From Chrysomallon squamiferum (Eukaryota > Animalia > Mollusca), in NCBI GenBank assembly GCA_012295275.1, contig CM022667.1, positions 18,414,001-18,478,000 of the forward strand: a stretch of 64,000 nucleotides of DNA. Direction: 5' to 3'. The notes under the pieces were generated by a model. That model saw only the letters and a program-made list of their open reading frames with translations, made no database searches and was not told the DNA's origin. Positions within the stretch are counted from its first letter, which is position 1, and every line of letters starts with the position of its first letter. Both the position numbers and the translations under genes were made by a program. This document shows, in pieces, positions 13,401 through 26,100 of this stretch.

Positions 13401-16400
13401 TGGTTGATTTTAAGATTTTCTAATTAACACTTTTTAAAAAATATATGTGATTATGTGTGTGTGTGTATATGTGTGTGATTTAAAACAATGTATAAGAAAC
13501 CTCATTTAAAAGTAAATATTTCATCTTTATAAGTAATAAAAGCAAAGGAAGATTTGTTTTACTGAAACTAATACTTTGCTTATCTACCTATTTATTTTAA
13601 ATTTTAATGCTGCTTTTTTTTTGTTGCTTTTATTACATTTTGTTTTAAATATTTACATATATGACTAATGTTTGTGGGTGTATTGGTGTGTTTGTATGCA
13701 TAATTATATATATATGCCCATGTAACTAATCCATACACATACATGCAATATATACATCACTACAAAATACACAAAAGCTATTTTAATCATAGAAACTGTC
13801 ATGCAAAAACCTACTCTGATGTGAAAACTAAGAAGAAATGACAAGAGATCAAAGAAAAAATGACAAGAGATCAATTTGTAAAGTACTAGCTACAAACCAG
13901 ATGCACTGTGTCAGTTTTAAACAGAGATGAATTTAAAAAAAAACCCCTCTCTAACAGAGAAGTTCATTACAATACTTTAAACAAGAACATTCCATTCCTG
14001 CAGAGAAAACTAAAATGAAAGGTATTCCAGACAGAAGTAATAGAAGCCACATGATGGCATTTTATTGTTACAAGTTACCACACACAAAAATAACTCTCAA
14101 CTACTGTCTACTGCAGTAAAAGCAAAACAACAACAAAAATGTATTTGTTTCAAAATATGTTAAAATACTTTAGAGAAAAAAAATATATTTCTGTACAAGT
14201 TTCTTTGGTATTATTCGGTGTTCTTTTTGTTGTTTGTTGTTTGTTTTATATATATTTTATATATATATATATATTTTTTGCTATTGTCTTTATTCCTGTC
14301 TTTTAGTTTTAATTAAAAATTTTACTGACTAAATTTCCAAAGCTCTAATATTGTATATCGGCTGTAAATGAAACAAAACATTTTCTCTAAATGTTTCTCT
14401 AGTTTTAACTCATAGTTTTATATACAATAAACACTATTTATGTAACCTTAAATTAATTAAGAGCTTATTATATAATTAAAATGTAACAGCATTTTAATTA
14501 TTACTGATATTGTAATGGTCTGAATTCATCTATATAAAATGTTTTGCATTAAATCTATCTAAAATACAAATCAACAAACTGATTCAATTTCACTTAATTC
14601 TCACTTAATATTAAATCTGTGATTGTCAAAGAGTGATTAAACAAATTTACATTGAAAATCAGACAATTTTCATCAGGAAACACTGTGAGACATTGATAAG
14701 TTTAAATAACTATTTCAGGACATTATAATTACTAAGAAATTGCAACAATGTCAGGGAAAGACATTAACACTTTTCTACTTGTCAGAGACAAAATTTGTAG
14801 GACTAGTATTTTCGACTTATGAGGAGTGCAATGAAACATAGTGACAGTTTATTTACATCAGATTTTGACCTTTCAGTTTGAGTATACGGTAACCTTTATA
14901 CATATTACCCATATGTTTGATGAAAGTAGTAGGAACTTACTAAATATTATGCTGAATATCTGAGCCAACTGTGTTTCATTGGTAAATATTATTTCCAAAT
15001 CTAAATTGGCATTTATAAATAAACTTAATAACAAAACACAATACAGCTAACAGACATGCTTAACTACTATAATGAAAAAAGGAAAAGTTAAATGCTAAAA
15101 TTACTCACACAAAATAAATAAATCATTTTAAACAATGATGTAAATGATGTAACCAAGGAGTAAATATGATGCATAACATTTTAAAGTATGCGACCTGAAA
15201 ACTAATAGTCTTTTACCCAGTTCTAGTTTGTTTTTGTTTAAATATTCTTTCCAAAAAACTAGGTATAATTTTACATCCTTGTCATTTCCAATTTGTGAAC
15301 TAAATATTTAAAAATAATAATAATAATAATAAAAGACAAATTCTTAAAGATATCAAAAGTTTCCATTAAAACAATTTGAAACCCTAACAGCTGCACATTC
15401 CTCATCTTGCTTATAATGATGTTTACCTTGCTAGATGTGGATGCTAAATGACCATTTATCAAGCAAATCCAACAATTTCTCCATCCCCTGGGCAATGAGC
15501 TTACAAAAATGTCTCACCTAAACCAACCTGAGACCAATATGTAGGCAATTAAAAACCAATGAAGTGCATCATTAAGATGAGTGATTTATATTAAAAACTA
15601 TGTTATTCACTAGATCTTTTCCTATTTGTTGCTAGATTCTATGTTATTTACTAGATATTTTTCTGTGTTTGCACAATGGACTGAAATTTGCTAGAAACTA
15701 GATACTTTCCTAAGTATTTCACAAGAAGTAAACTTCGACAAGAGTCATAATAAATGAAGAGGTACAATCCAGAGTATAATATATATTTTCCAACAGAAAT
15801 GCTGCAGAAATGTTTATATGTGAAATTTCGTTGCAAATAATTATCAACAGTTATTTAGTATCGATATTTCTGAAAATTATTTTCAACTCAAAGATATTAA
15901 ATTTACTAGAATCACTATCACTAGCTGTTCAAGAAAACACTGGTAATATTGAAATACTAAAAATTAAAACAAGAAAAATATATGAAAAAACATTGTTATA
16001 TAGAAAATATTGTGGTTCCAGTGTGTGTGAATAATATTAATATTTATACAACAAGTATCATTTATACATCAATTTGTTGAGATAGATAGTAATGTCAAAA
16101 ACAACAATTAAACTCTTCTTTATAGGAAAATTTGGCAGTTTTTTGCATTATATAAATGTGTGAATAAATATTAATTTATTGAGAGTTTTGCTGAAAGCAA
16201 AAATTAACCTTTTCTATACAAGAATTCCTCAGCAGTCTTTTTACATTACATGAAAGTGTGAATAAACATCAAGCCTGCTGTTTGATTACAATTGCTGGAT
16301 TAAATTCATCCTTATACATTATAGAAGATGTGAATCAGAAATACCAATTGATTATTTTAAAAGACAGAACTCTCTCACTATAGACGAAAAGACAAGTTCA

Positions 16401-16937
16401 ATAGAATTATCAGTATAGTGAATTGCAGCAAAGTGGCTTTTAGTAATGCACATCACATAACAAAAAGCAGATACTGGTTTGTTGTACAACTTTGCCCTCC
16501 ATTCTGGATGAGAAATGAAATTAATTCAGTTTGCTGGATTCTTCAGTTCTTCACACTTATGTTGAAGTGGCTCAGTTTCACCTTACAGTTTCTCAAAATC
16601 AATCTGCCCATTTTGTCAGTTGCAAACAGCATGTTAATGAATTAATCAGTGCCATTTCCTAGATCTCTGGCTTGAGGACTGTAAACACACAATACTACAA
16701 TTCATGCAGATAGGCTTGTAATGGTATCACAGAAAACAGAATAAAAAAATAAAAAATTGAAATTTAATTTTTTTTTTTCTTTTAGACTGAAATTGTGTTT
16801 ACACTGCACAATCATTCCTCACACACTCACTATACAAGTGTATACACATGCACAAATACACAAATAACCACTACACACACATTTGTAAATTAATCGTATT
16901 CAGTAATTATTTTATTTTACTATTTTTATTATTTCAG

Positions 16938-18121
16938 TGACTAATGCCAGTGTGGTAATGGATTATGACTACAGTTCTTATGCCTGTGATGGAGATTACT
17001 ATGACAGAAAAGAAATTGAGATCACAAAAGCAATTCATAAATATGTTTTTCCATTCATCCTCTTCATTGGCACTGTGGGCAACATTGCCTCATTTCCCTA
17101 CCTCTACAGACTCAGCATAAATGTCTGGTCAACATGTCTCTACCTCGTTGTGCTCACTGTTGTTGACCTTCTTGTTCTCTATGTCAAGTGTGGCAATACA
17201 TGGTTTGAAATTATTACTCAGGAGAACCTCAGTCTCAAATTCATGGAAATGTCCGAGGCTGTCTGTAAAGTCTATCTGTTTGTCTTTCAATTCATTGTCC
17301 ACTTTGGAGTCTGGATTGTTGTTGCAAGTGCCATAGAGACCCTGATTCTAGCCCGATTTCCTCATTTAGCTTATAAAATGTGCACCCAGGAGAGAGCGAA
17401 AGCTGTCATGTTATTTATAACTGTTTTACTTGTCTGTCTCAACATGCATTACTTCTGGACATATGGCTTGATGAGGTATTCAGAAAACCCAACAGAGATT
17501 TTCTACGTCTGCACATACATTGAGGACTTCTCTGAATACTTCCGTGATCAAATCTGGCCTTTCCTCAACCTGTCTGTGGCAGATATTGTTCCCATGTTAG
17601 TCGTTGCTGTGTGTTTCTTTGCTTCTATCACAACATATTTCAAAAGCAAGAAAACATTCTTCCTTGTCAAGCCAATGCTAGAGAAATACTTTTTAGATTT
17701 AAAGTCATTAAAAGAGTTGAAAGTGACAATGATGGTGATCTGCCTTAATTTTATAATCATTGCAACATTGAACATTCTCCTGCAGATAGTGGAGTACTTG
17801 ATACACAACAATGCTATAGAGATACCATGTGCAATACAGCAGAAAGTTTTTGGAGTGATGGAGCTCATTCGTGCTGTGTGGGAGACTTACTTTTATCTCT
17901 TTCTAGCAGCAAAATGTTTCATTTATCTGTACACGTGTTCCAGGTACAGAAGTGAACTGCTACAAACTCTCAAATATGTTTTTACTTGTAAATCTTTTCA
18001 CAGAAGAGACAAAGTGGTATGTAACAGTGAAACCACTGCAGAACATTCTAAACAAAACAACCCAATTTCTAATTCAGTTTTTCCACAATCCACAGAAGAA
18101 AGTAAATCCACAGATGTATAA
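16938..18121 (+). CDS. Rhodopsin-like (class A) GPCR, FMRFamide-receptor/srw-like orphan; one long coding exon (acceptor tttttattatttcAG at 16936-37; first in-exon ATG 16958)
   Basis: Seven hydrophobic segments; TM1 GTVGN, TM2 LxxLTVVD, CK at the top of TM3, YKMCTQERAK in ICL2, ECL2 Cys, helix-8-like SRYRSEL; stop at 18119-18121. Confidence 0.9.
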
Positions 18122-20017
18122 ACATTATTTTAAACTGAATACTGAGAAATATAATAAAATGATTGATCGTAACTATTATAACAGGTTTTCTTCAAAAAAA
18201 CATTTTAAAAATCAAAATTACTTTTAAATAAAATAAATTTCTAAAAATATTATTTTCCCCATTAATTGTTAATCAATGAGCTAATAATAATCATAACTTA
18301 TTATATATTAATGGCACCAGTTAGACAATAATTTGAGCAATTCAACTGTTTTAAATATTCATCATAACCCTAAAATATTCACAACATTAAAATATATAAC
18401 ATAATGTAATATGTTAAATACAATTTGAAACATATATTTTTTGATTTCATAGAATTATAATTATTTTTAAAGTCTACTAAAATATTAATTTGACATTGGC
18501 CACTATCACTAATTCTTTTTACTCTAAAATAAATACATAGTATTATTTTATTCAAAAAGAATATTTATGTCAAGAACAAAAAAAATAAAAATAAACATAA
18601 ATGAAAGATAATAATTCTGTTCTCATTATCATTTGAAACTTCTTAAAGATAAATAAAAACAAATAAAAACAAATAAATAAATAACAGTAATATCTATGCA
18701 AATTAATGCATATCATAAATTTTTTTTTTTTTTTTTTTTTTTCACTAAAGACCAAAACAAAACAGAACCAATAATCTAGAGATAACAAAAAGAAGAGAAA
18801 ATTAATAATAATCAAAACTATACTATAATAAGAGAAAATTTAAAATAAAACAAACATAATATAAAAATAAATAATAAAAATAACCTAATGTAACAGAAAA
18901 TTTAAAATAATAATAATAAAAATGTACATTAACACTATAATCAAATAAATATAATCTGTGATGAAGTTATTACCATTGCTAGGATACTGTTAAGCAAGCA
19001 AATACCAGACACCTCTAACCTGATAAACACAATCTATTTTATAATTTGTCTTATTTAATGGTTTTTATTACAACCTCTGACAAATTAAATCAATTTATAA
19101 TGTCTGAAATATTCGTAATTAAAGAAGCCAGGCTGCCTCTGTCCCTGGAGCCAACAGTTATTTTCAGATGTGTGCTGTCACTACATAATGTTTGATTTTT
19201 TCCATTATAATATTAATCAGTAGGCTAACACTGCTGGCCAAAATAACATTAATCTCACTAAGACAGTAATTCATGTTTTTCAGTCTGGCTCGTGACTGTC
19301 ATCAAAACCAGAACTACAGGTTAATATAAGGAAATTACAACATTGCAAAGATTTTAAAGTATTAATAGTTATCTCTTGTGATTTTTCTTTTAAATCTGAT
19401 ATTACTGCTCATATACAACACACTACTCTCATTCATTCTAATATCATTGCATTATTTTATTAATTCAGTTTACTTCTGTATTAGTATTGTCTATAATTAA
19501 AAAATAAAAAGTATTTACAGAAAGATAACTAATTCCATATTTGCAGTATTATTATATATGGCATATTTGTTGACAAAATGTAGAATTAAATCAAACAACA
19601 AATATAATCAATAACTGAATATAACTGAATAATTGGTGTGTAAACTAAATAAAAAGAATACTAAATGACAGCTGATAATGGAGTAGTATTATCTATGGTG
19701 ATACTTATAAATAAGAATGAATCATGAAATGACATATCAGTATGAAGAATATATGAAATATTCTGAGGTGATTTTTTAATGACATAATATTAATAGTTTC
19801 AAGGAATAAAAAGTCAATATAAAAATTGTGTAAAATGTGAAGATTTGATTCTTCCATGAAAAATTATTCTACCAGCCAACAAACTTTTAACTTTCAGTAA
19901 GTTTTCTTGTGCAGTTTTACACTCCAGTCTTTACTGATCTTTATATTGATTTATAAAACTTGATTGTCAAGAAATATATAAATACAGAATTTTTTTTTTT
20001 TTAAAAACCCCACTCAC

Positions 20018-20156
20018 ATTCATCTCGGAAGCGAGGCTCTGTATTTGGTCCAACTCGTGCCATTGTTCTAATAAGCTCAACATGAATAGCATGTTGATCC
20101 CGGTACACAGGATCATCAAAAAATGTCTGTAGCTGCATGTACACCCGATCCAATAC
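20018..20156 (-). CDS. RELCH: RELCH exon 24 (VLDRVYMQLQTFFDDP...VGPNTEPRFRDE); ends at a phase-1 donor with no stop
   Basis: AG / GTGAGT, conserved. Confidence 0.92.
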
Positions 20157-23100
20157 CTAGGGGACAAAAAATAATATTAATGTTACAAATGTTTAACAAA
20201 TATGCATTAATCTCTATTCTCTCTCTAAAATAATAAGAAACAATAAGAGAAGAAATATTAAAATGAATAATTCAACAAAATATTAAAAGGTGCATTAATT
20301 ATTAAAAAACGAAAAAGTGGATCATAAATGAGAAAAGAAATATAAATATAAAAATAAATGATAAAAATGTCTGAGGCCACTGAAACAAAAACATTTTTTA
20401 TAACCAGGTTTTATAGTGATATATAAATAATTTCAATGGTGCCATACAATGACTTAAGCACACTAACCAGTCAAGTAATCAATGATATCCAACAACAGAT
20501 AATCAAATGGGTAAATAAATATTAGGAAAAAATCAAATTATCTAATTAAACAAAAATGATAAAAATCTCAGAAAAGTTATTTACCTCAGTTTAATTCTAC
20601 ACAGAACATGTTATCCTGGGTAATCTAACCACTGTGTACTTACCTCTCTAATTGTTATCTGTTCAATAATGGCTCCCAGGGATGGAATTGTGGACAAACG
20701 TACAGAACTGAAACAATAAATAAATAAAACATTTCTTTAAAAAGAAGATAATAACAGTATTTCTCAATGAAAAATTTAAAAATAAAACAACATTATGTTT
20801 AATCTATAAGATATGAAAATAGTATAAACTACTGATAAAACACGTATACAAAAACTTACGTTTCTGGGTCATTGGCTAGGGTCACCAGAGCTGGAACAAC
20901 TTGAGTTGAAATGAGATGATCACTCAGATGTTTAATCATTAACTGTAAAAAACACAAAACACAGATATTTTTAATTCTACACATAATCTCTGATACTTTT
21001 ATTACTACTGTAATATACCATACAGATATTCTTAATTTATGCACAAACAGTCTGATATTTATATCATAACACGAATACAATGATAATAATAGTAATTAAA
21101 TCTGAATTTAAAAAAAATATATAATAAATAAATAATGAATATAAATGTTAATAATTTTCAAATATAAATGTTAATAATTTTCAAATATAAATGTAATTAC
21201 CTCAAACATGCAGGCTGCAGTGGCTCGGACATGAGCTGCAGAGTGGACAACTCCATTCCACAGAACACTGAGTAGCAGCTCATGATGAGCACAGTCAGAA
21301 CTGAAATATAAAAATCTATATTTAAACATGATATCACAACTCATGATGAGCAGTGAACTGAAATATAAAACATCTGTATTTAAACACTACATCATAGCTC
21401 ATGATAAGCACAGTCTCATTATTAAACATCACTTTACAGGTCTTGGTAAGTACAGTTTCAAAATACCTCTGCATTTGTCTGTCTGTCTGTCTATCTATCT
21501 TTCTATCTATACACACACATATGATTTATAAAATAATGTACTGACCATAATTCCAAGTAGGCTGCTTTCAAACTATCAAGCGGAGCCTGACAAAATGCTA
21601 GTGTACACAATACTTGCTGGAGAAATCCAGCTAGTGTCTTTCTGTCATCCTCCTAAAAAATAAAAGATTTATTTTTAAAATAAAGAGAAAAAAGAAAAAA
21701 CATGCTTATAGTCTTATTACCCTGGAATAAGCTAAATTGTTTCTGTGGCAAATACAATATCACTTCTCACAGAATATCCATATAGACTTTTCAGTTGATG
21801 GTTTGTGATGACTCTTTCAGTTTGAGTTTGAATAGTCACTTTCATACACAGACTATTCATGGATATTTGTATCTACTTCAATTCCATGGGATCATGCCCA
21901 CCATGCCATCATAGTTCCAATGCATTTTGCTCATTGTAATCAGAAACAATTGTGCATTGTGAAAACTGAGCCTGACAACTTGCCACGTTTGATGTCAAAA
22001 TGTTGTTTATTTTTTATATGTTACATGGATTCAGGGTGGATTTTTATTGCATCAATTCTAAAATTATTTGTACCCTTAACAAATCTCCCTACAGTTTCAT
22101 ATTTTCTACATTGGATGTAGAACAGGGTATTATTTTCTTCATCATAGGCAACCCAAGAGAACTCATCTTTCCATTATTAACAGACCAGTCAGGCTAGTCA
22201 GAAACAGTTATGATTAGACCGAACCAGCCATTCGGACGTGCCTTACTGTCAAAGCCTGCCATACAAAATCAACAGGATTTAAAAATGATCATTTCAGTGA
22301 AATGTCTCTTAAGATTAGTTTATAAAAATGTTAAAAAAAAAATTCTACCAGGTTAAATGAGATGAGAACACCTGCAGCATATACAGGTACAACACAGGTT
22401 GTCAATGCTGTGTGGCCATAGTTCACCTGGTTGTCTGAAAATATCAAAACAAAACATTATATAAAAAATATTTATATATATTTACAATAGTTTTTAGTAA
22501 AACAGAAACATTTTAAAGCTGCCTCAAAATAAAAATTAAGTGTGTGACTAAAAAGAAAAGAAACTCTGAAGAACAAGGTTATGTAATAATTGACACTGCG
22601 AATGGTCAATAATATTAAAAAGCTATTGGGTCATTCCGTGTCAAATCACCCAATGGTTTAAACCCGACCGTCTCAGATTTTTATGAAACTTGGTATACTT
22701 GTTGACTGGGATCCCACAGCACCAAATCTGAAATTTTAGCTCAATCAGACCAGTGGTGTGGGAGATATGGCCCACCGAATTTTGAGATTTTTGCCAAAAA
22801 TGACCACCAACCTTAGAACCCTTATATCTCAGGAACTACTGGGCCAATCTTCATAGAATTGGTATTGTTAGAAAGGCAAAATGACAAGGATACCAAATCT
22901 GCCATTTTTGTTTAGTTTGGAAAATATTGGAGTACCTTGACCTTTTGACCTTTGCTATGACCTTGAAATTGACCATGTGGATCACGTGATCTTGAGATGA
23001 CCTTTATTGAAATTTAATCTCCCACATGTTAACTAAAACATATAAAAGTTTCCTGGGTGTAATATTTTTTGTTAGCCACAATATAGATTTAAAAAATGCA

Positions 23101-26100
23101 CATACATGAAAATAACACCTTTTCAGCCATTAACATCTGATTAACTAAAACCTGAATGATCAATTCTGGATGCTAGGGATCACCATCTTTCTTGATCATC
23201 AAGTAAGACATTGTAGGCCTACATGTATGCATAAAGTTCACATATAAAAGTTTCCTGGGTATAATATTTTTTGTTTAGCCATAATAGAGATTTAAAAAAA
23301 TGCATACCTGCATGGATGATTGATACAATGCATTACAATGTACATTTTCTCTGAGACTAAAAACTCATCTTTGGAGTTAAAACCCACCTGACATGTCTGA
23401 AGGAATGCCTGAAGGATATGAAAAGATGCCAAATGGCATGACATGTTCTACACAATCAGGCTCAAAGGGTTAACAGGAAGTGATGCTTCAGGCAGGCCAG
23501 GAACTCCTTTAGATTCCCTGGTGCAATCCCCATTGAGCACATGGCAATTAGAAGTTTAAGACAAAGAAGTTTCTTCATCTGCATTTCTTTGACAATCTGA
23601 AGCTTTTTAAATTGGACACAATGTCAGATGTTGATATATAAACAATAGTTTTATTTCATAAAACCTATTAAGTAATTTTATCATGTCATGTGGGCCTTGC
23701 CATTGGTTTTGAACAATGTTTCAGTCAACAACAGTACAACCCAGTCTGAAATCAGATGTCATCAAGTGATGTACTGCATAATGTATTTGTACACCCAGTC
23801 TTCAGCACAGAGTATGAACAAGGTCTACTTCACCTTAATAAACTGTGATTTATACCTGAGAAGATTGACATATATGCCCAAGACTTGTGGGCCTTTGGCA
23901 ATAACACATGTACTCTGCTGCCATTTTATGACCTGCTTTACTTTACTGAAAGGGTTTCAGGATTTGATTTAATATTTAGGAAAGCACTGACTTTGTTCTA
24001 TTGAATTGAAGGTGCAGGCCAATACTGAAAATCCTTATTTCTTCCAGGGCTAACTGCAGCTTTAACTCTCCTGAAAATGTGTGTTATCAACACCATCATA
24101 TCAAAAAGGAGTTGTTGCAAAGTGTATGGAAAACTGAGGAAGTCGAACTCCTCACTCTTTGAAGTGGGATCAAAACACGGGACATCAAGAGTATCATGAA
24201 CAAGAACTTTTCATCAAATTTTCAACATTGCAGAAAAACTGTTGTGATCCCCTTAATCGCCACCCTGAGCAAGCACACACTAGATCTTTAAGAATTGTTA
24301 GCATGGGCACTTACAAATGCTTAGTAAATCCTCCAAAGACAAGTTGTGCTGTGACTGTCTGATTACCCTTCAGAAATCAAAAGGTCCTGCAGAGGATGGC
24401 TTTAGTATGGGTGGTATTACAATGGGAGAATTTGGTGATAACTTGCCAGACAAACCGCTGGTTGTTGTTTCCCCAGAAAAGGACTTTGATTTGAATTCTA
24501 TTCTGTCGAGTTTAGGCGAAACTCCTGTCAAACTCCATTCACTAGCACATTCCAGTAAATGAATGAAAGGACAGAAAAAAACTAGCATCAGCTTCAGTAA
24601 CATTAAAATGACATCTTAATGTCTGAATCCTACCCAGAGCGTGTGCAAATCTTGATTTTGTCACCCTTTACCATTGAAAGGACAATGAATTGAAGGAGGA
24701 AATAATCCAATTTTATGGAAGTGATGAGAACAGTAGAATGTGTCTAGGAATGAAGGATACAGTGAGCATTTGAAACAAACATAGTGAGAAGGTTAAGCAT
24801 CAGAAACACCTAGTCCTCACAAATTTATGTGAACTTTATGCATACATGTAGGCCTACAATGTCTTACTTGATGATCAAGAAAGATGGTGATCCCTAGCAT
24901 CCAGAATTGATCATTCAGGTTTTAGTTAATCAGATGTTAATGGCTGAAAAGGTGTTATTTTCATATATGTGCATTTTTTAAATCTATATTGTGGCTAAAC
25001 AAAAAATATTACACCCAGGAAACTTTTATATGTTTTAGTTAACATGTGGGAGATTAAATTTCATTTAAGGTCATCTCAAGATCACGTAATCCACACGGTC
25101 AATTTCAAGGTCATAGCAAAGGTCAAAAGGTCAAGGTACTCCAATATTTTCCAAACTAAACAAAAATGGCATATTTGGAATCCTTGTCATTTTGCCTTTC
25201 TAACAATACCAATTTTATGAAGATTGGCCCAGTAGTTCCTGAGATATAAGGGTTCTAAGGTTGGTGGTCACACCCATTTTTGGCAAAAATCTCAAAATTC
25301 GGTGGGCCGTATCTCCCACACCACTGGTCTGATTGAGCTAAAATTTCAGATTTGGTGCTGTGGGATCCCAGTCAACAAGTATACCAAATTTTATAAAAAT
25401 CTGAGACGGTTGGGTTTAAATTTCTTTTTTTGGGGGGTGATTTGACATGGAATGACCCTATTCTTAAATGAACAAATAAGATAAACACACATATTCACAC
25501 AAATACATCCACATATCAGCAACAAAAGAATACAAGAACTACAGAACTTACCAAGTTCTTCTTCTGGTAACTTCACTAAAGCCTCAAATTTTGGCTTAAC
25601 CTAAAGAAATAGAAATCAAGAAACATTTTTGTGAAAAATTACGAACAAATGAGCACAGATTTAACAATCATAAGTACATATATTAGAACTTGAAATCAAG
25701 TGTTTTCTCTTACATGACAGACATAATGTCCGTAAAAACAACATTTTACAATTTCAACAGATGATCATGATATTACCAAAAATTATTCAAGGTTTAAGTA
25801 ATATAAATTCAAAAGCTGAAAAAATCTTTATAAAACTGAAAAAAGTTTTATTGTACACAATGAATGCAAATATTTATTATTTTAATAATTAGCATAAATA
25901 ATTTTTTAAAAGCTTTAACACACCTTGATATTTGTGAATGTTCTTCCAAATGTTCTGCATACTCTGTGTACATATTTACACAAACAACTAACAACCTTTT
26001 GTAATGAAAGACCAACTCCCATCGTAACTTCCAAAAGTCGAGCAATGCTGAAAGAAAATATACATTATTTTTATTTAAAATAAAAAATTAAAAAGTCAGA

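Noticed and set aside
15271-15540. GC-richer patch with a short minus ORF
   Set aside because: No RELCH-like translation and no convincing splice pair
17548-17868. Antisense and alternate-frame ORFs inside the GPCR (likewise 39324-39512, 56444-56728, 36491-36751)
   Set aside because: Shadow ORFs of real coding exons
17890-17935. TM7 lysine suggesting an opsin
   Set aside because: The Lys is only 4 residues before the TM7 Tyr (position ~7.49), not at the retinal-binding 7.43 position, and the rest of the protein resembles peptide/srw receptors
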